Positions 39,467 through 48,904 of a DNA stretch of 64,000 nt are shown piece by piece. The notes under the pieces are model-generated. The model was not told the origin of the DNA and ran no database searches. It saw only the letters and a list, made by a program, of their open reading frames with translations. Each line of letters starts with the position of its first letter. Within the stretch, counting starts at the first letter, position 1. Source of the DNA: Myxococcota bacterium (GTDB lineage: Bacteria > Myxococcota_A > UBA796 > CAJQPC01); contig JAZAMN010000024.1 of NCBI GenBank assembly GCA_036229005.1, forward strand, positions 32,001 through 96,000, in the 5' to 3' direction. The translations under genes were made by a program, and so were the position numbers.

Positions 39467-40759
39467 GTGGACGCTGTCGCGACCGCTGTTGCCCTCTCCC
39501 TCTTCCCCAGCCTGGACTACCGCTCCGTGTCGGCGGGGCCCTACGTCTACACCCAGGGGCGCGCCCCGGTCCTGGCGGACGGGGTGCCCGAGTTCAACAG
39601 CCGCGGCCTGGAGCTGCACACCCGCCGGGTCTGGTGGACCGAAGACCAGCTCGTCGACCAGAGCGAGCGCGGCTCCTTCTCCGAGAGCCGCCTGCGGCTG
39701 ACCCAGGACGCCAGCGGGGCCGTGCACATCGACGCCCTGGAGCTGGAGAGCCGCCTGCTTGAGCTGCGCATCCGCCCCGAGATGGGCGACCAGTTCTCCA
39801 TGGGCCTGTTCGGCGGCCACTACAACCAGGTGCTGCTGGCCAAGGACAGCGGCCGCGCCCAGCTCTTGGTCTACAGCCCCCAGACCCTGACCCTGCTGGG
39901 CCTCTCCAAGTCCGACATGGGCACGGACGCCATGCGCTACTACGCCGAGGTCGGCACGGGCCTGGGCGGAGATCTGATCGTGCGCGCCGCGGGCCCCGTG
40001 AGCCTGCACCTGCGCGCCGAGGCCGAGGGGACCGCGCGCCGCCGTCGGGAGCGCACGACCGTCGACTACACCGTGCGCGGGGGCGGCAACGAGCTGCACC
40101 ACAGCACCCGCCAGGAGCTCACCCTGGAGGCCGAGGCCGGCCTGGGCTGGAAGCAGGACAGGCGCCTGTGGATGGTGGATGTCTGGGGGCAGCACGTCAC
40201 GCAGTGGGAGCCCTGGGACGAGGGCGGGGCGGACGGCATGGACCGCCAGTACATGGCCGTCGGCGCCAAGCTCACCGGGCGCTTCTACAAGGAGAGCGAC
40301 CCCGGCCCCGAGTTCAGCGACATCGAGCTGCAGGAGATGCTCGAGACCATCCAGCGCCAGCGCGACGAAGAGGACGCTGCGCCTCCGCCCCCGCCGCCCC
40401 CCACCGAGCCCGAGCCCCAGCCGATGCTGCCCCAGGAGGTGCACTGGTCTGAGCTGGAGTTCTTGGATCAACCCATGCCCGTCTGGCCCGCCGGCACTCC
40501 CGACGACTTCGAGTGCGAGGTCCAGGTGTTCATCGACACCACCGGCGTGCCCTTCCTGGTCGAGCCCACCGTCTGCCCCTCGCCCCTGGTCGAGGTCTCC
40601 GTGGACGCTGCCGAGCAGTGGCGGGTCACCCCCGTCGCGGACGCCGAGGACACCATCTCCGCGCGCTTCCGCTACACGCTCACCACCGCCGAGGTCGAGA
40701 TCGAGGCGCTGGCCCCGATGGAGGACACCGGCGCCCCGGCGACGGAGCAAAGCGAGTAG
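39467..40759 (+). CDS. Hypothetical protein: beta-rich N-terminus, Pro-rich linker, TonB_C-like C-terminus
   Basis: PPPPPPPTEPEP linker; PMPVWP...VQVFIDTTG...AAEQWRVTP. Confidence 0.5.
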   Translation: MDAVATAVALSLFPSLDYRSVSAGPYVYTQGRAPVLADGVPEFNSRGLELHTRRVWWTEDQLVDQSERGSFSESRLRLTQDASGAVHIDALELESRLLELRIRPEMGDQFSMGLFGGHYNQVLLAKDSGRAQLLVYSPQTLTLLGLSKSDMGTDAMRYYAEVGTGLGGDLIVRAAGPVSLHLRAEAEGTARRRRERTTVDYTVRGGGNELHHSTRQELTLEAEAGLGWKQDRRLWMVDVWGQHVTQWEPWDEGGADGMDRQYMAVGAKLTGRFYKESDPGPEFSDIELQEMLETIQRQRDEEDAAPPPPPPPTEPEPQPMLPQEVHWSELEFLDQPMPVWPAGTPDDFECEVQVFIDTTGVPFLVEPTVCPSPLVEVSVDAAEQWRVTPVADAEDTISARFRYTLTTAEVEIEALAPMEDTGAPATEQSE

Positions 40760-40771
40760 ACTCAGCGGGCG

Positions 40772-41116
40772 ATGAGTTCTGAGTCCCGCCCCCCCTGCGC
40801 CGGCCTGTGGAGCACGCCGATGGTCCACGTCGACGGCGACGTGACCGTGTGCTGTCTGGACGAGCACCTGGAGAACCGCCTGGGCAACCTGCGCCAGACC
40901 CCGCTGGCCGAGCTCTGGCAGGGGCCCCAGGTGCAGAGCTGGCGGCGCGCCCACGTGCGCGGAGACTTCCAGGACTCCGGCCCTCTGTGCACCCGCTGCA
41001 ACTGGCGCTCCGCCGGCGCCGCCCCTGACAGCGTGGTCGAGGCCTGGCTGGAGCGGCACGGGGACCCCGAGCTCAGGGAGCGCTGGCGGCAGCGCAAGGG
41101 GAAGATCCGGTCGTGA
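40772..41116 (+). CDS. Stand-alone SPASM/twitch-domain protein
   Basis: CAGLW...DGDVTVCCLD...LGNL...LCTRC. Confidence 0.8.
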   Translation: MSSESRPPCAGLWSTPMVHVDGDVTVCCLDEHLENRLGNLRQTPLAELWQGPQVQSWRRAHVRGDFQDSGPLCTRCNWRSAGAAPDSVVEAWLERHGDPELRERWRQRKGKIRS

Positions 41117-42048
41117 GCACGCAGGACTGCGCCATCCGCACCCAAGGGCTGCGGAAGGTCTACAAGACCCATTTCTGGGATCGTCCCTATGTGGGCCTGC
41201 AGGGCCTGGACCTGGAGGTCCGCCGCGGCGAGGTCTTTGGCTTCGTCGGCCCCAACGGCGCCGGAAAGACCACCACCATCAAGATCCTGATGGGCCTGCA
41301 GGCCGCCACCGCCGGCCAGGCCTGGATCCTGGGCCGCGACCACCGCGAACAGGACAGCCGCCAGCGCGTGGGCTTCCTGCCCGAGCGCCCCTACTTCTAC
41401 CAGCACCTCACCGCGTGGGAGCTGCTGGACCTCTACGGCGCCCTCTATGGCCTCGACAGCGCCACCCGACGCAAGCGCAGTGGGGAGCTCCTGGAGCGGG
41501 TGGGGTTGAGCCACGCAGCCGACAAGCACCTCAAGGGCTACTCCAAGGGCATGCTCCAGCGCGCCGGCGTCGCCCAGGCCCTGCTCTGCGACCCTGAGCT
41601 TGTGGTCATGGACGAGCCCATGAGCGGCCTGGATCCCATGGGCCGCGCCCTCATCCGGGACATCATCCTGGAGGAGCGCGCCCAGGGCCGCACTGTCTTC
41701 TTCTCCAGCCACATCCTCGCCGACGTCGAGCAGCTCTGCGACCGCGTCGGCATCGTGGTCAAGGGCACCCTGCGCGGCTGCGGCAGCCTCCACGAGCTGC
41801 TGGGGGACAGCGCCCGCGAAGTCGACGTGGTCTTCCAGGGGCCCCCCCAGCCTCAGCTCCCCGGTGTCCAGGTCCAGAGCGAGGGGCTGCGTTGTGTACA
41901 GCGGGTGGAGCCGGCTCACCTCCAGCACACCCTGGACCTGCTACGCGCCGCTGATCTCCCCATCGTCGAGGTCAACCCCAGGCGCAAACACCTGGAGGAG
42001 CTGCTGGTGGACCAGGTCGCCCAGCAGGCCCAGGAGGCCCAGCCATGA
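41113..42048 (+). CDS. pilH: ABC ATPase, PilH-like
   Basis: GPNGAGKTT, YSKGMLQR and DEPMSGLDP motifs; synteny with permease and prepilin peptidase as in myxobacterial pilGHID. Confidence 0.7.
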   Translation: MSTQDCAIRTQGLRKVYKTHFWDRPYVGLQGLDLEVRRGEVFGFVGPNGAGKTTTIKILMGLQAATAGQAWILGRDHREQDSRQRVGFLPERPYFYQHLTAWELLDLYGALYGLDSATRRKRSGELLERVGLSHAADKHLKGYSKGMLQRAGVAQALLCDPELVVMDEPMSGLDPMGRALIRDIILEERAQGRTVFFSSHILADVEQLCDRVGIVVKGTLRGCGSLHELLGDSAREVDVVFQGPPQPQLPGVQVQSEGLRCVQRVEPAHLQHTLDLLRAADLPIVEVNPRRKHLEELLVDQVAQQAQEAQP

Positions 42049-42812
42049 GCGCGGTGTGGGCTATCGCCGTGAACACCTGGCGCGAGTCCATCCGCGACCG
42101 GGTGCTCTACTCGCTCTTCTTCTTCGCGGCCGTGATCATCGTGGTCTCCCTGGGCGCCAAGGAGCTCTCCATCGGCGACGTCGACAAGGTCGTCCGCTCG
42201 GTGGCCCTGGGCGCCATCCGGCTCTTCGCGGACGGCTTCGCCCTGATGCTGGGCGTGGGCCTGGTCTACAAGGAGCTCGAGCGCCGCACCATCTACACCA
42301 TCGCCTCCAAGCCCCTGGCGCGCTGGCGCTTCATCCTGGGCAAATACCTGGGCCTGATGGGCGTGCTCGCCACCCTGCTGGCGGGCATGGCGCTGCTCTA
42401 CACCCTCTCCGTCGGCCTCCAACAGGGGCTCCCCGGCGCCGAGGTGTACTGGTCCTGGGCCCTGCTCTACGTCGAGCTCGCGCTGCTCACCGCCTGGGCC
42501 CTGCTGCTGTCCACCGGCAGCTCGCCGACCGTCGCCACCTTCTTCGCGGTCAGCATCTACCTGATCGGCAACGCGGCGGACGACATCTGGCGCTTCGGCA
42601 GCCAGGCCGAGTCGGAGTCGCTGCGGCAGCTCGCGGAGATCGTCTACTGGGTGCTGCCCAACTTCTCCGTCCTCAGCCTCACGGATCTGGCCGTCCACCA
42701 GCAAGCCGTCCCGCTGGAGCGCGCGCTGGGCGGCATCGTCTACGGGGTGGGCTACTCGGTGGTGGTGCTCTTGGGCGCCTTCGCCAACTTCTCGCGCCGG
42801 GACTTCAAGTGA
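42045..42812 (+). CDS. pilI: ABC permease, PilI-like
   Basis: NTWRESIRDRV, ELERRTIYTIASKP, GKYLG and FSRRDFK motifs. Confidence 0.7.
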   Translation: MSAVWAIAVNTWRESIRDRVLYSLFFFAAVIIVVSLGAKELSIGDVDKVVRSVALGAIRLFADGFALMLGVGLVYKELERRTIYTIASKPLARWRFILGKYLGLMGVLATLLAGMALLYTLSVGLQQGLPGAEVYWSWALLYVELALLTAWALLLSTGSSPTVATFFAVSIYLIGNAADDIWRFGSQAESESLRQLAEIVYWVLPNFSVLSLTDLAVHQQAVPLERALGGIVYGVGYSVVVLLGAFANFSRRDFK

Positions 42813-43837
42813 TCCCGATGGCGGACCTGGCCGCTCGGCACCGCCGCCACGCCGCCGAGATCGAGGCCGGGGTGCTCCAGGTCCTGCGCGGTGGCCGCTA
42901 CATCGGTGGGGAGCGCGTGGCCCAGGCCGAGGCGGCGCTGGCCGCCCAGATGGGCTGCTCGGGGGGCGTAGGGGTGGCCTCGGGGACCGACGCGCTGATC
43001 CTGGCCCTGAGCGCGCTGGGCGTGGGGCCGGGGACCCGGGTGGCCCTGCCGGCCCTGAGCTTCTTCGCAACCACAGAGGCCCTGCTCTGGCTGGGCGCGA
43101 CCCCGGTGTTCGTGGACCTGCGCGCCGACCGGCCGCTGATGGACAACGCGCAGATCCCCGCGGACGTCGATCTGGTGCTCACCGTCCCGCTCTTCGGGAT
43201 GGGGGGGCAGGACGCCGGGTTGCCCGCCGGGACCCCGGTGCTCTGTGACGCCGCCCAGGCCATCGGGTGGGGGTGGGGGAGGCCGAGGGGGACCTTGGTG
43301 TGTCTCAGTCTGTACCCCACCAAGACAGTCGGGTGTGCCGGAGACGGGGGCGCCATCCTGGGTGACGACGAGGACCTGCTGAGGGCGACCCGCGCTCTGG
43401 CAAACCATGGCCTCGCTGGCGCCCATGAGCATCGGACTCTGGGACGCAACAGCAGGCTGGATGCGGTGCAGGCCCCCGTGGTGTGTGCCCAGCTCTCCTC
43501 CCTCTCCCAACGCATCGCGCGCCGGCGCCAGATCGCCCGCCACTACGAGGCCTGCCTGGATGCGCCCATCCCCCGGGATGACCGGGACGCGGTGCACCAC
43601 TTTGTGCTGCGGCACCCAAGCCGCGATGACTTTGCGGCTCGGTTGCGTACCCAGGGCGTGGCCTCGACCTGCTACTACCCGCGCACCATGGCCCAGCAGG
43701 AGGCCCTCCCGGAGGCTCTGCGGGCCCAGCTCCCGGTCGCGGAGTCCTGGGCGCGCGAGCTCTTGGCGGTACCCTGTCACGCGGAGCTGAGCGATGACCA
43801 GGTGGCGCGGATCGGACGACTGCTGGAGGCGGGATGA
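42809..43837 (+). CDS. DegT/DnrJ/EryC1/StrS-family sugar aminotransferase
   Basis: VASGTDAL, DAAQA, SLYPTKTVG..GDGG and NSRLD motifs; GTGA coupling. Confidence 0.88.
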   Translation: MIPMADLAARHRRHAAEIEAGVLQVLRGGRYIGGERVAQAEAALAAQMGCSGGVGVASGTDALILALSALGVGPGTRVALPALSFFATTEALLWLGATPVFVDLRADRPLMDNAQIPADVDLVLTVPLFGMGGQDAGLPAGTPVLCDAAQAIGWGWGRPRGTLVCLSLYPTKTVGCAGDGGAILGDDEDLLRATRALANHGLAGAHEHRTLGRNSRLDAVQAPVVCAQLSSLSQRIARRRQIARHYEACLDAPIPRDDRDAVHHFVLRHPSRDDFAARLRTQGVASTCYYPRTMAQQEALPEALRAQLPVAESWARELLAVPCHAELSDDQVARIGRLLEAG

Positions 43838-44688
43838 CCGCTGAGGGGCTGCACGGCCTGCTCCAGGGCTGGGCCTTCGCTGTCTCCCTGGCGGTGGGCA
43901 GCTTCCTGAACGTGGTCATCGCGCGCATGCCCGAGGACCGCTCGGTGGTGCGTCCGGGGAGCATGTGTCCGGCCTGTGGCCACCAGATCCGTTGGTACGA
44001 GAACATCCCGGTGCTCTCCTGGATCGGGCTGCGCGGCAAGTGCAGCGGCTGCGGCATCCCCATCTCGCCGCTGTACCCGGCCATCGAGCTGCTCACCGGC
44101 GTGCTGGGCCTGCTGCTGTTCCGGCGCCTGGTCCCGGACTTCATGGCGGTGGACGCCGGGCACCTGGCGGCGTGGGGGATCTTCCTGGTGTTCGTGGCGA
44201 TGCAGATCGCCAACACCTTCATCGACCTGCGCCACCGCATCCTGCCCGACGAGCTGACCATCTACGCGGCTCCCTTCGGGGTGGGCGCGGCGCTGCTGCT
44301 CCAGTGGCTGGGCTACGAGGGGCCGCTGGGCATCACCTGGCAGCAGTCGGTGGTGGGCTCGCTGGCGGGCGGTGGCGTGCTGCTGCTGCTGATCCTGGGC
44401 TACTGGGTCTTCCGCCGCACGCAGGGCATGGGCTTCGGCGACGTGAAGCTGCTGTTGGCCTACGGTGCCTTCCTGGGGCTGTGGGCGGTGCCGCCCATCC
44501 TGATGATCGGCGCGCTGTCCGGCCTGATGGTGGGCATCCCGCTGATGGTCATCAAGGGCCGGGGCCTGCGCCTGGAGATGCCCTTTGGGCCCTTCCTGGT
44601 GCTGGGCGCGGTGGTCTGGGTCTACTTCGGCGACGCGCTGGTCGACTGGTGGCTCCCCTACAACAGCATCATGAGCGGCGGGCTCTGA
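43834..44688 (+). CDS. pilD: Type IV prepilin peptidase
   Basis: GSFLNVVIAR, CPAC, CSGC, GMGFGDVKL and PFGPFL motifs. Confidence 0.93.
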   Translation: MTAEGLHGLLQGWAFAVSLAVGSFLNVVIARMPEDRSVVRPGSMCPACGHQIRWYENIPVLSWIGLRGKCSGCGIPISPLYPAIELLTGVLGLLLFRRLVPDFMAVDAGHLAAWGIFLVFVAMQIANTFIDLRHRILPDELTIYAAPFGVGAALLLQWLGYEGPLGITWQQSVVGSLAGGGVLLLLILGYWVFRRTQGMGFGDVKLLLAYGAFLGLWAVPPILMIGALSGLMVGIPLMVIKGRGLRLEMPFGPFLVLGAVVWVYFGDALVDWWLPYNSIMSGGL

Positions 44689-44713
44689 GCAGGGTGGGGG
44701 CGCTGAAGTGAAA

Positions 44714-44742
44714 CACCCCGGAGCGGTGGGCGCTCCGGGGTG
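44714..44742 (-). terminator. Intrinsic terminator between convergent genes
   Basis: Perfect 12-bp stem CACCCCGGAGCG/CGCTCCGGGGTG followed by TTTCACTT on the minus strand. Confidence 0.7.
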
Positions 44743-44784
44743 CCAGGGGACCTCTCGGGCAGAAAGGTCAGGGGGCTGGAAGCC

Positions 44785-47010
44785 TCAGTAGAGGTTCCAG
44801 ACGAACAGGCCACCGACGTCGTCGTCGGCTTCGCCGTCGCCGTCCAGGTCGGAGCCGAACGCGGGGTCACCGAACACCAGGTCCAGCACGCCGTCGCCGT
44901 CGAAGTCCTGGGGCGTGGAGGAGAAGCCGGCGCCGAAGTCGCCGGTGTTGTGGTCGGAGGCTGTGTTGGCGAAGGAGAACAGGGCGTCGTCCTTGGTCAG
45001 GTCGCCGCTGGCGCCCACCACGTCGAACACCCAGGCGGCGTCGGAGCCGCTGGCGTTGGCCACGATGACCAGCTCGGGGTTGCCGTCGCCGGTGACGTCC
45101 GCGGTGTAGTTCACGTGCGAGGGGGCGTAGGAGCTGCCCAGCTCGATGAACAGGTCGGTGTCGTCGTCGAAGGACATCCCGCCCGCGCCCTTGAGGGAGG
45201 CGGAGCCGAAGGTGAAGCCCAGGGCGCCGGTGTCGCCGTTGAAGTAGGTGACCTCGCCCAGGCCGTCGCCGTCCATGTCCTCGACCAGGTGGGCGGAGGC
45301 GCCGACGGCTGCGCTGGCCTCGTCGCCGCCCCAGTAGTCGGAGAAGTAGTCGGTGGCGTCCAGGGTGTCGGAGCTGGTGCTGTACTCGGTGCTGGAGCCC
45401 CACCACATCCAGGCGCGGCCGGCGTTGGTGTAGCTGTTGTCCACGCCCTGGCCGCCCATGATCCAGTCGTCGATGCCGTCGCCGTCGACGTCGATGCCGC
45501 CGTTGATGCTGTGGGCGATGTTCGAGCTGTAGGACTCGGTGATGTAGCTGGCGTCGGCGTCTTCGGCGGCGAAGTTGCCCAGGCCGCCGGCCTCGCCGTA
45601 GATCACGGCGTAGCGGTCCTCGTAGTAGCTGGCGGAGTAGCCGCCGATGTTGGACCAGAAGAGCAGGTCCTGCACGCCGTCGCCGTTCAGGTCGCCGCTG
45701 TTGAAGCCCTCGCCCACCGAAGAGAAGCTGTAGTCGTAGTAGTAGTAGTAGGTGTACCCGGTGACCACGGTGTGGGCGTCGCTGGTGTCCCCGCCGTCAG
45801 CCAGGGTGGCTGCGTCGGCGATGAAGATGCGGCCCTTGTACATGTAGCTGGAGTAGCTGTAGAGGCTGGCGCCGATGCCGATGTCGTTGCCTTCGTCACC
45901 GCCGAAGTCGCCGAGCATCACGATGTTGCTGCCCAGGCCCTCGGTGCTGGAGCCGTTGATCTCCACGTCCGAGGTGCCCACGGGGGCCCCGTCGGTGGGC
46001 AGGCCGCCCGCGCCGGTCCAGATGTAGACCACGCCGTTCCCGGAGTCGTCACCCTGCGCGCCGACCACGATGTCCACCAGGCCGTCGCCGTCCAGGTCGC
46101 CCATCTCGACGGAGGAGCCGAAGCTGTCGCCGGAGGCGTTGCCGACGACGCTGATGTCGGCGCTGTCGACGCTCATGTCCTGGTCGGTCTGGCCCTCGCA
46201 GTCGTTCTTGATGCCGTCCAGGTACTCGATCGCGCCGGGGTAGACCGAGGGGTTGGTGTCGTCGCAGTCCTTGCTCTTGGTGGACTTGATGCTGTAGCCG
46301 TCGCCGTCCTGGTCGAAGTCATCGGCGCCGTCGCAGTTGGAGTCGATGTTGTCGTACCAGATGTCCTCGGCCCCGGGGTGCACTGCGGCGTTGGCGTCGA
46401 TGCAGTCGTCGCCGCCGTAGGGCTCGGCGGTGTAGCCGTCGCCGTCCTTGTCGAAGTCGTTGTCGCCGGCGCAGTCCTGGTCGATGCCGTCGTACCAGAT
46501 CTCCTCGGCGCCGGGGTAGACCGCCGCGTTGCTGTCGTCGCAGTCGTCGCCGCCGGCCTCGGGGCGATCGTGCCCGTCACCGTCCACGTCGGTCTCGACG
46601 GCGCCGATCAGGGCGACGCCCATGTCGGGGGTGTCGGGATCGTTGGACTGGATCAGCAGGGTGGTCCGGGCCTCGTCGTAGTCCACGGGCCGGTAGGTCA
46701 GGCTGACGTTCTGGCTGCTCTGGGGCTGCAGGGTCAGCACCGTGGTGCCGCTGGAGAAGGGACCGTCCACGGCGAAGTCGGTGATCTCCAGCACACCCGT
46801 GCCGGTGTTGGACACGGTGATCTGGGCGCGCTCGCTGATCCCGACGTCCGCGGCGATGCCGAAGTCCACGCTGGTCACGGAGACGGCGATGTTGGGGATG
46901 CCCGCGTCGCCGGTGTCGTCGGTGGTGGTGGTGTTGACGGGGCCGCCGGTGTCACAGGCGACGAGCAGGGCGAGCAGGCCGGGGAGAGCCAGGAGAGGGG
47001 CCGAGCGCAT
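44785..47010 (-). CDS. Surface lipoprotein: Ig-like domain, MopE-related DCDD repeats and FG-GAP repeats
   Basis: LVAC lipobox; DCDD...YPGA.E..YDGID.DC x3; GDLDGDG..DIVVGA; GGAGG RBS. Confidence 0.82.
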   Translation of the reverse strand: MRSAPLLALPGLLALLVACDTGGPVNTTTTDDTGDAGIPNIAVSVTSVDFGIAADVGISERAQITVSNTGTGVLEITDFAVDGPFSSGTTVLTLQPQSSQNVSLTYRPVDYDEARTTLLIQSNDPDTPDMGVALIGAVETDVDGDGHDRPEAGGDDCDDSNAAVYPGAEEIWYDGIDQDCAGDNDFDKDGDGYTAEPYGGDDCIDANAAVHPGAEDIWYDNIDSNCDGADDFDQDGDGYSIKSTKSKDCDDTNPSVYPGAIEYLDGIKNDCEGQTDQDMSVDSADISVVGNASGDSFGSSVEMGDLDGDGLVDIVVGAQGDDSGNGVVYIWTGAGGLPTDGAPVGTSDVEINGSSTEGLGSNIVMLGDFGGDEGNDIGIGASLYSYSSYMYKGRIFIADAATLADGGDTSDAHTVVTGYTYYYYYDYSFSSVGEGFNSGDLNGDGVQDLLFWSNIGGYSASYYEDRYAVIYGEAGGLGNFAAEDADASYITESYSSNIAHSINGGIDVDGDGIDDWIMGGQGVDNSYTNAGRAWMWWGSSTEYSTSSDTLDATDYFSDYWGGDEASAAVGASAHLVEDMDGDGLGEVTYFNGDTGALGFTFGSASLKGAGGMSFDDDTDLFIELGSSYAPSHVNYTADVTGDGNPELVIVANASGSDAAWVFDVVGASGDLTKDDALFSFANTASDHNTGDFGAGFSSTPQDFDGDGVLDLVFGDPAFGSDLDGDGEADDDVGGLFVWNLY

Positions 47011-47114
47011 GTAGGTGCCTCCAATTGTGCGTGCAAAATACATGTGTACTGTGGTGCTGCACAAGTGCCGCGCGCTCGTCGGCGCCCCTTGCGCGAATCG
47101 TCACAGCATCGGGC

Positions 47115-48839
47115 TCAGGCCACCTGGTGCAGGAGCTCCCGGGTTCGGCAGGCGCGGGCGTCGGCCCGGAGGCCGAGCTGCTCGAAGGCCTGAGCAGCCA
47201 TCGCCCAGCCGGGGGCCCACTCGGGGAGGGCATCCAGCATGGGGCCCAGGGCGGAGAGCGCCTTCCGGGGCTCCGCCTTGCGCAGCCAGCGGCGGGCGCG
47301 CCAGGCCTGCCAGGAGAGCTGACTCATCGGTCCAAGCCCTCGGCGCAGCATGGTGGGCAGCGGCCAGTCCATCGCGGCGGCCAGCAGGAGCACAGCCTCG
47401 GAGGGGGGGACGGGGGGCAGCAGCGCGGGGTCGTCGATCGCGGGGGGCGTCCACTCCGGAGAGGAGCTCAGGCGCAGGTGGATCGGCCCCTCGCCCTGGA
47501 TCCAGGTGTGCAGGGGCTCTCGGGCGCCGTACTCGCCGTCCCAGTGCAGGCGCACCTCGCCGATGGGATCGCGGGGGACCTCCAGGTCCACCCACAGCGC
47601 CCACTCCCGGCGGCTGTGCTTGTGCAGGCAGGCCTCCAGTGCGCCCGGATCGCCGTCGTCGACCACGACCAGCCGCCCCTCGGTCGGCGCCGGGCGGGTG
47701 GTGGCGCCGATGTGGGAGCGGGCCCAGGACTCGGTGGGCGTGTCCGGCAGCGGCCAGCGGGCCAGCTCCATGTGGGCCTCCTGGGTGAGCCCACGCTGGT
47801 GCAGCCCCAAGGCCCAGGAGAAGCCCTCGGCGCGCTCCAGCTCCTCGCGGCTCTGCCGCCACCGCTCCAGGAACACCGGCCGGAGCTGCTCGCTCGCCCG
47901 GCGCAGCCTCCCCGGCTTGTCCTGCCCGGAGCGGACCCGGTAGTAGAGCGTGGGCAGCGGCAGCGCCTCGACGTCCCCCAGCTTGAGGATGCGCTGGAAC
48001 ATGTCCAGGTCCGCGCCCCGGCCCAGCCGACGGTCGAAGGGGCCGGCCTGCAGGTAGGCGCTGCGGTGGGCCAGGAAGGCGCCCCCCATGCCTGGGATCT
48101 GGGCGAGAGCGGCGCGACGGAGCACCTGGGGCGGGAGGCGGAGCGCGGGCCGGTAGCTGTGGATGTCGTGCCCCTTGAAGAACACGGCGTCTCCGAACAC
48201 GCCGATCAGGTCCTCGCAGCTCTGCAGGGTGGTCGCCAGGGCCTGTACCGCCCCCGGCAGGAGGAGGTCGTCGTCGTCCAGGGCCAGCAGGTACTCGCCG
48301 CGGGCGTTCTCCACCCCGGTCTGGAGGGCCTGGGACTTGCCGCGGTTGCGGTTGTGCCCGAACGCGCGCAGATCGGGTTGGCTCTGGAGCCAGCGCCAGG
48401 TTCCATCGCTGCTGCCGTCGTCGACCACCAGGATCTCCACGGGCCAGGACTGCCCCCGCGCGCTGTCGATCGCCTGCTTGAGCAGCGGCAGCCGGTCCAG
48501 GGTGGGGATCACGATGCTCACCAGCGGTCCCTCGACTGGGGGCAGAGGCAGCAACCCCGCTGGAGCCCGCCCTTGGAGGTTCAAGCGTTGATCCAAGGTC
48601 ACCTTGGCGCGCCCAAAGGCCAGCTCCGGCAGCCCCAGGGAGCTCAGCAGACGGCTCGCCTGTTCGGGGCTCGCGCTGGTGTGCCAGGTGACCCGGCGCC
48701 CGGAGAGCGTCAGGGCTGCGGTTGCCCAGCCGTCATCGTCATGGGCGATGCCGACGGTGGAGGGAGCGGTGATCAGGGCCTCGGCCAGCGCGGCGCGCTC
48801 AGCCTGGCTCCGGGGACGGATCGCGAGAGAGACAGCCAT
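47115..48839 (-). CDS. GT2 glycosyltransferase with long extensions
   Basis: VSIVIPT, VDDGSSDGT and LDDDD motifs. Confidence 0.8.
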   Translation of the reverse strand: MAVSLAIRPRSQAERAALAEALITAPSTVGIAHDDDGWATAALTLSGRRVTWHTSASPEQASRLLSSLGLPELAFGRAKVTLDQRLNLQGRAPAGLLPLPPVEGPLVSIVIPTLDRLPLLKQAIDSARGQSWPVEILVVDDGSSDGTWRWLQSQPDLRAFGHNRNRGKSQALQTGVENARGEYLLALDDDDLLLPGAVQALATTLQSCEDLIGVFGDAVFFKGHDIHSYRPALRLPPQVLRRAALAQIPGMGGAFLAHRSAYLQAGPFDRRLGRGADLDMFQRILKLGDVEALPLPTLYYRVRSGQDKPGRLRRASEQLRPVFLERWRQSREELERAEGFSWALGLHQRGLTQEAHMELARWPLPDTPTESWARSHIGATTRPAPTEGRLVVVDDGDPGALEACLHKHSRREWALWVDLEVPRDPIGEVRLHWDGEYGAREPLHTWIQGEGPIHLRLSSSPEWTPPAIDDPALLPPVPPSEAVLLLAAAMDWPLPTMLRRGLGPMSQLSWQAWRARRWLRKAEPRKALSALGPMLDALPEWAPGWAMAAQAFEQLGLRADARACRTRELLHQVA

Positions 48840-48904
48840 GCCAGACCTCTCGGACCATGTCTCTGGACTGTGAGCCCCCCGTCCCAGTGGCTAAGAAGGG
48901 GGGC

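Noticed and set aside
34343..41116. RiPP cluster interpretation of the rSAM/SPASM genes
   Set aside because: No short precursor peptide, RRE/PqqD domain or peptidase-transporter could be identified nearby. Not fully excluded.
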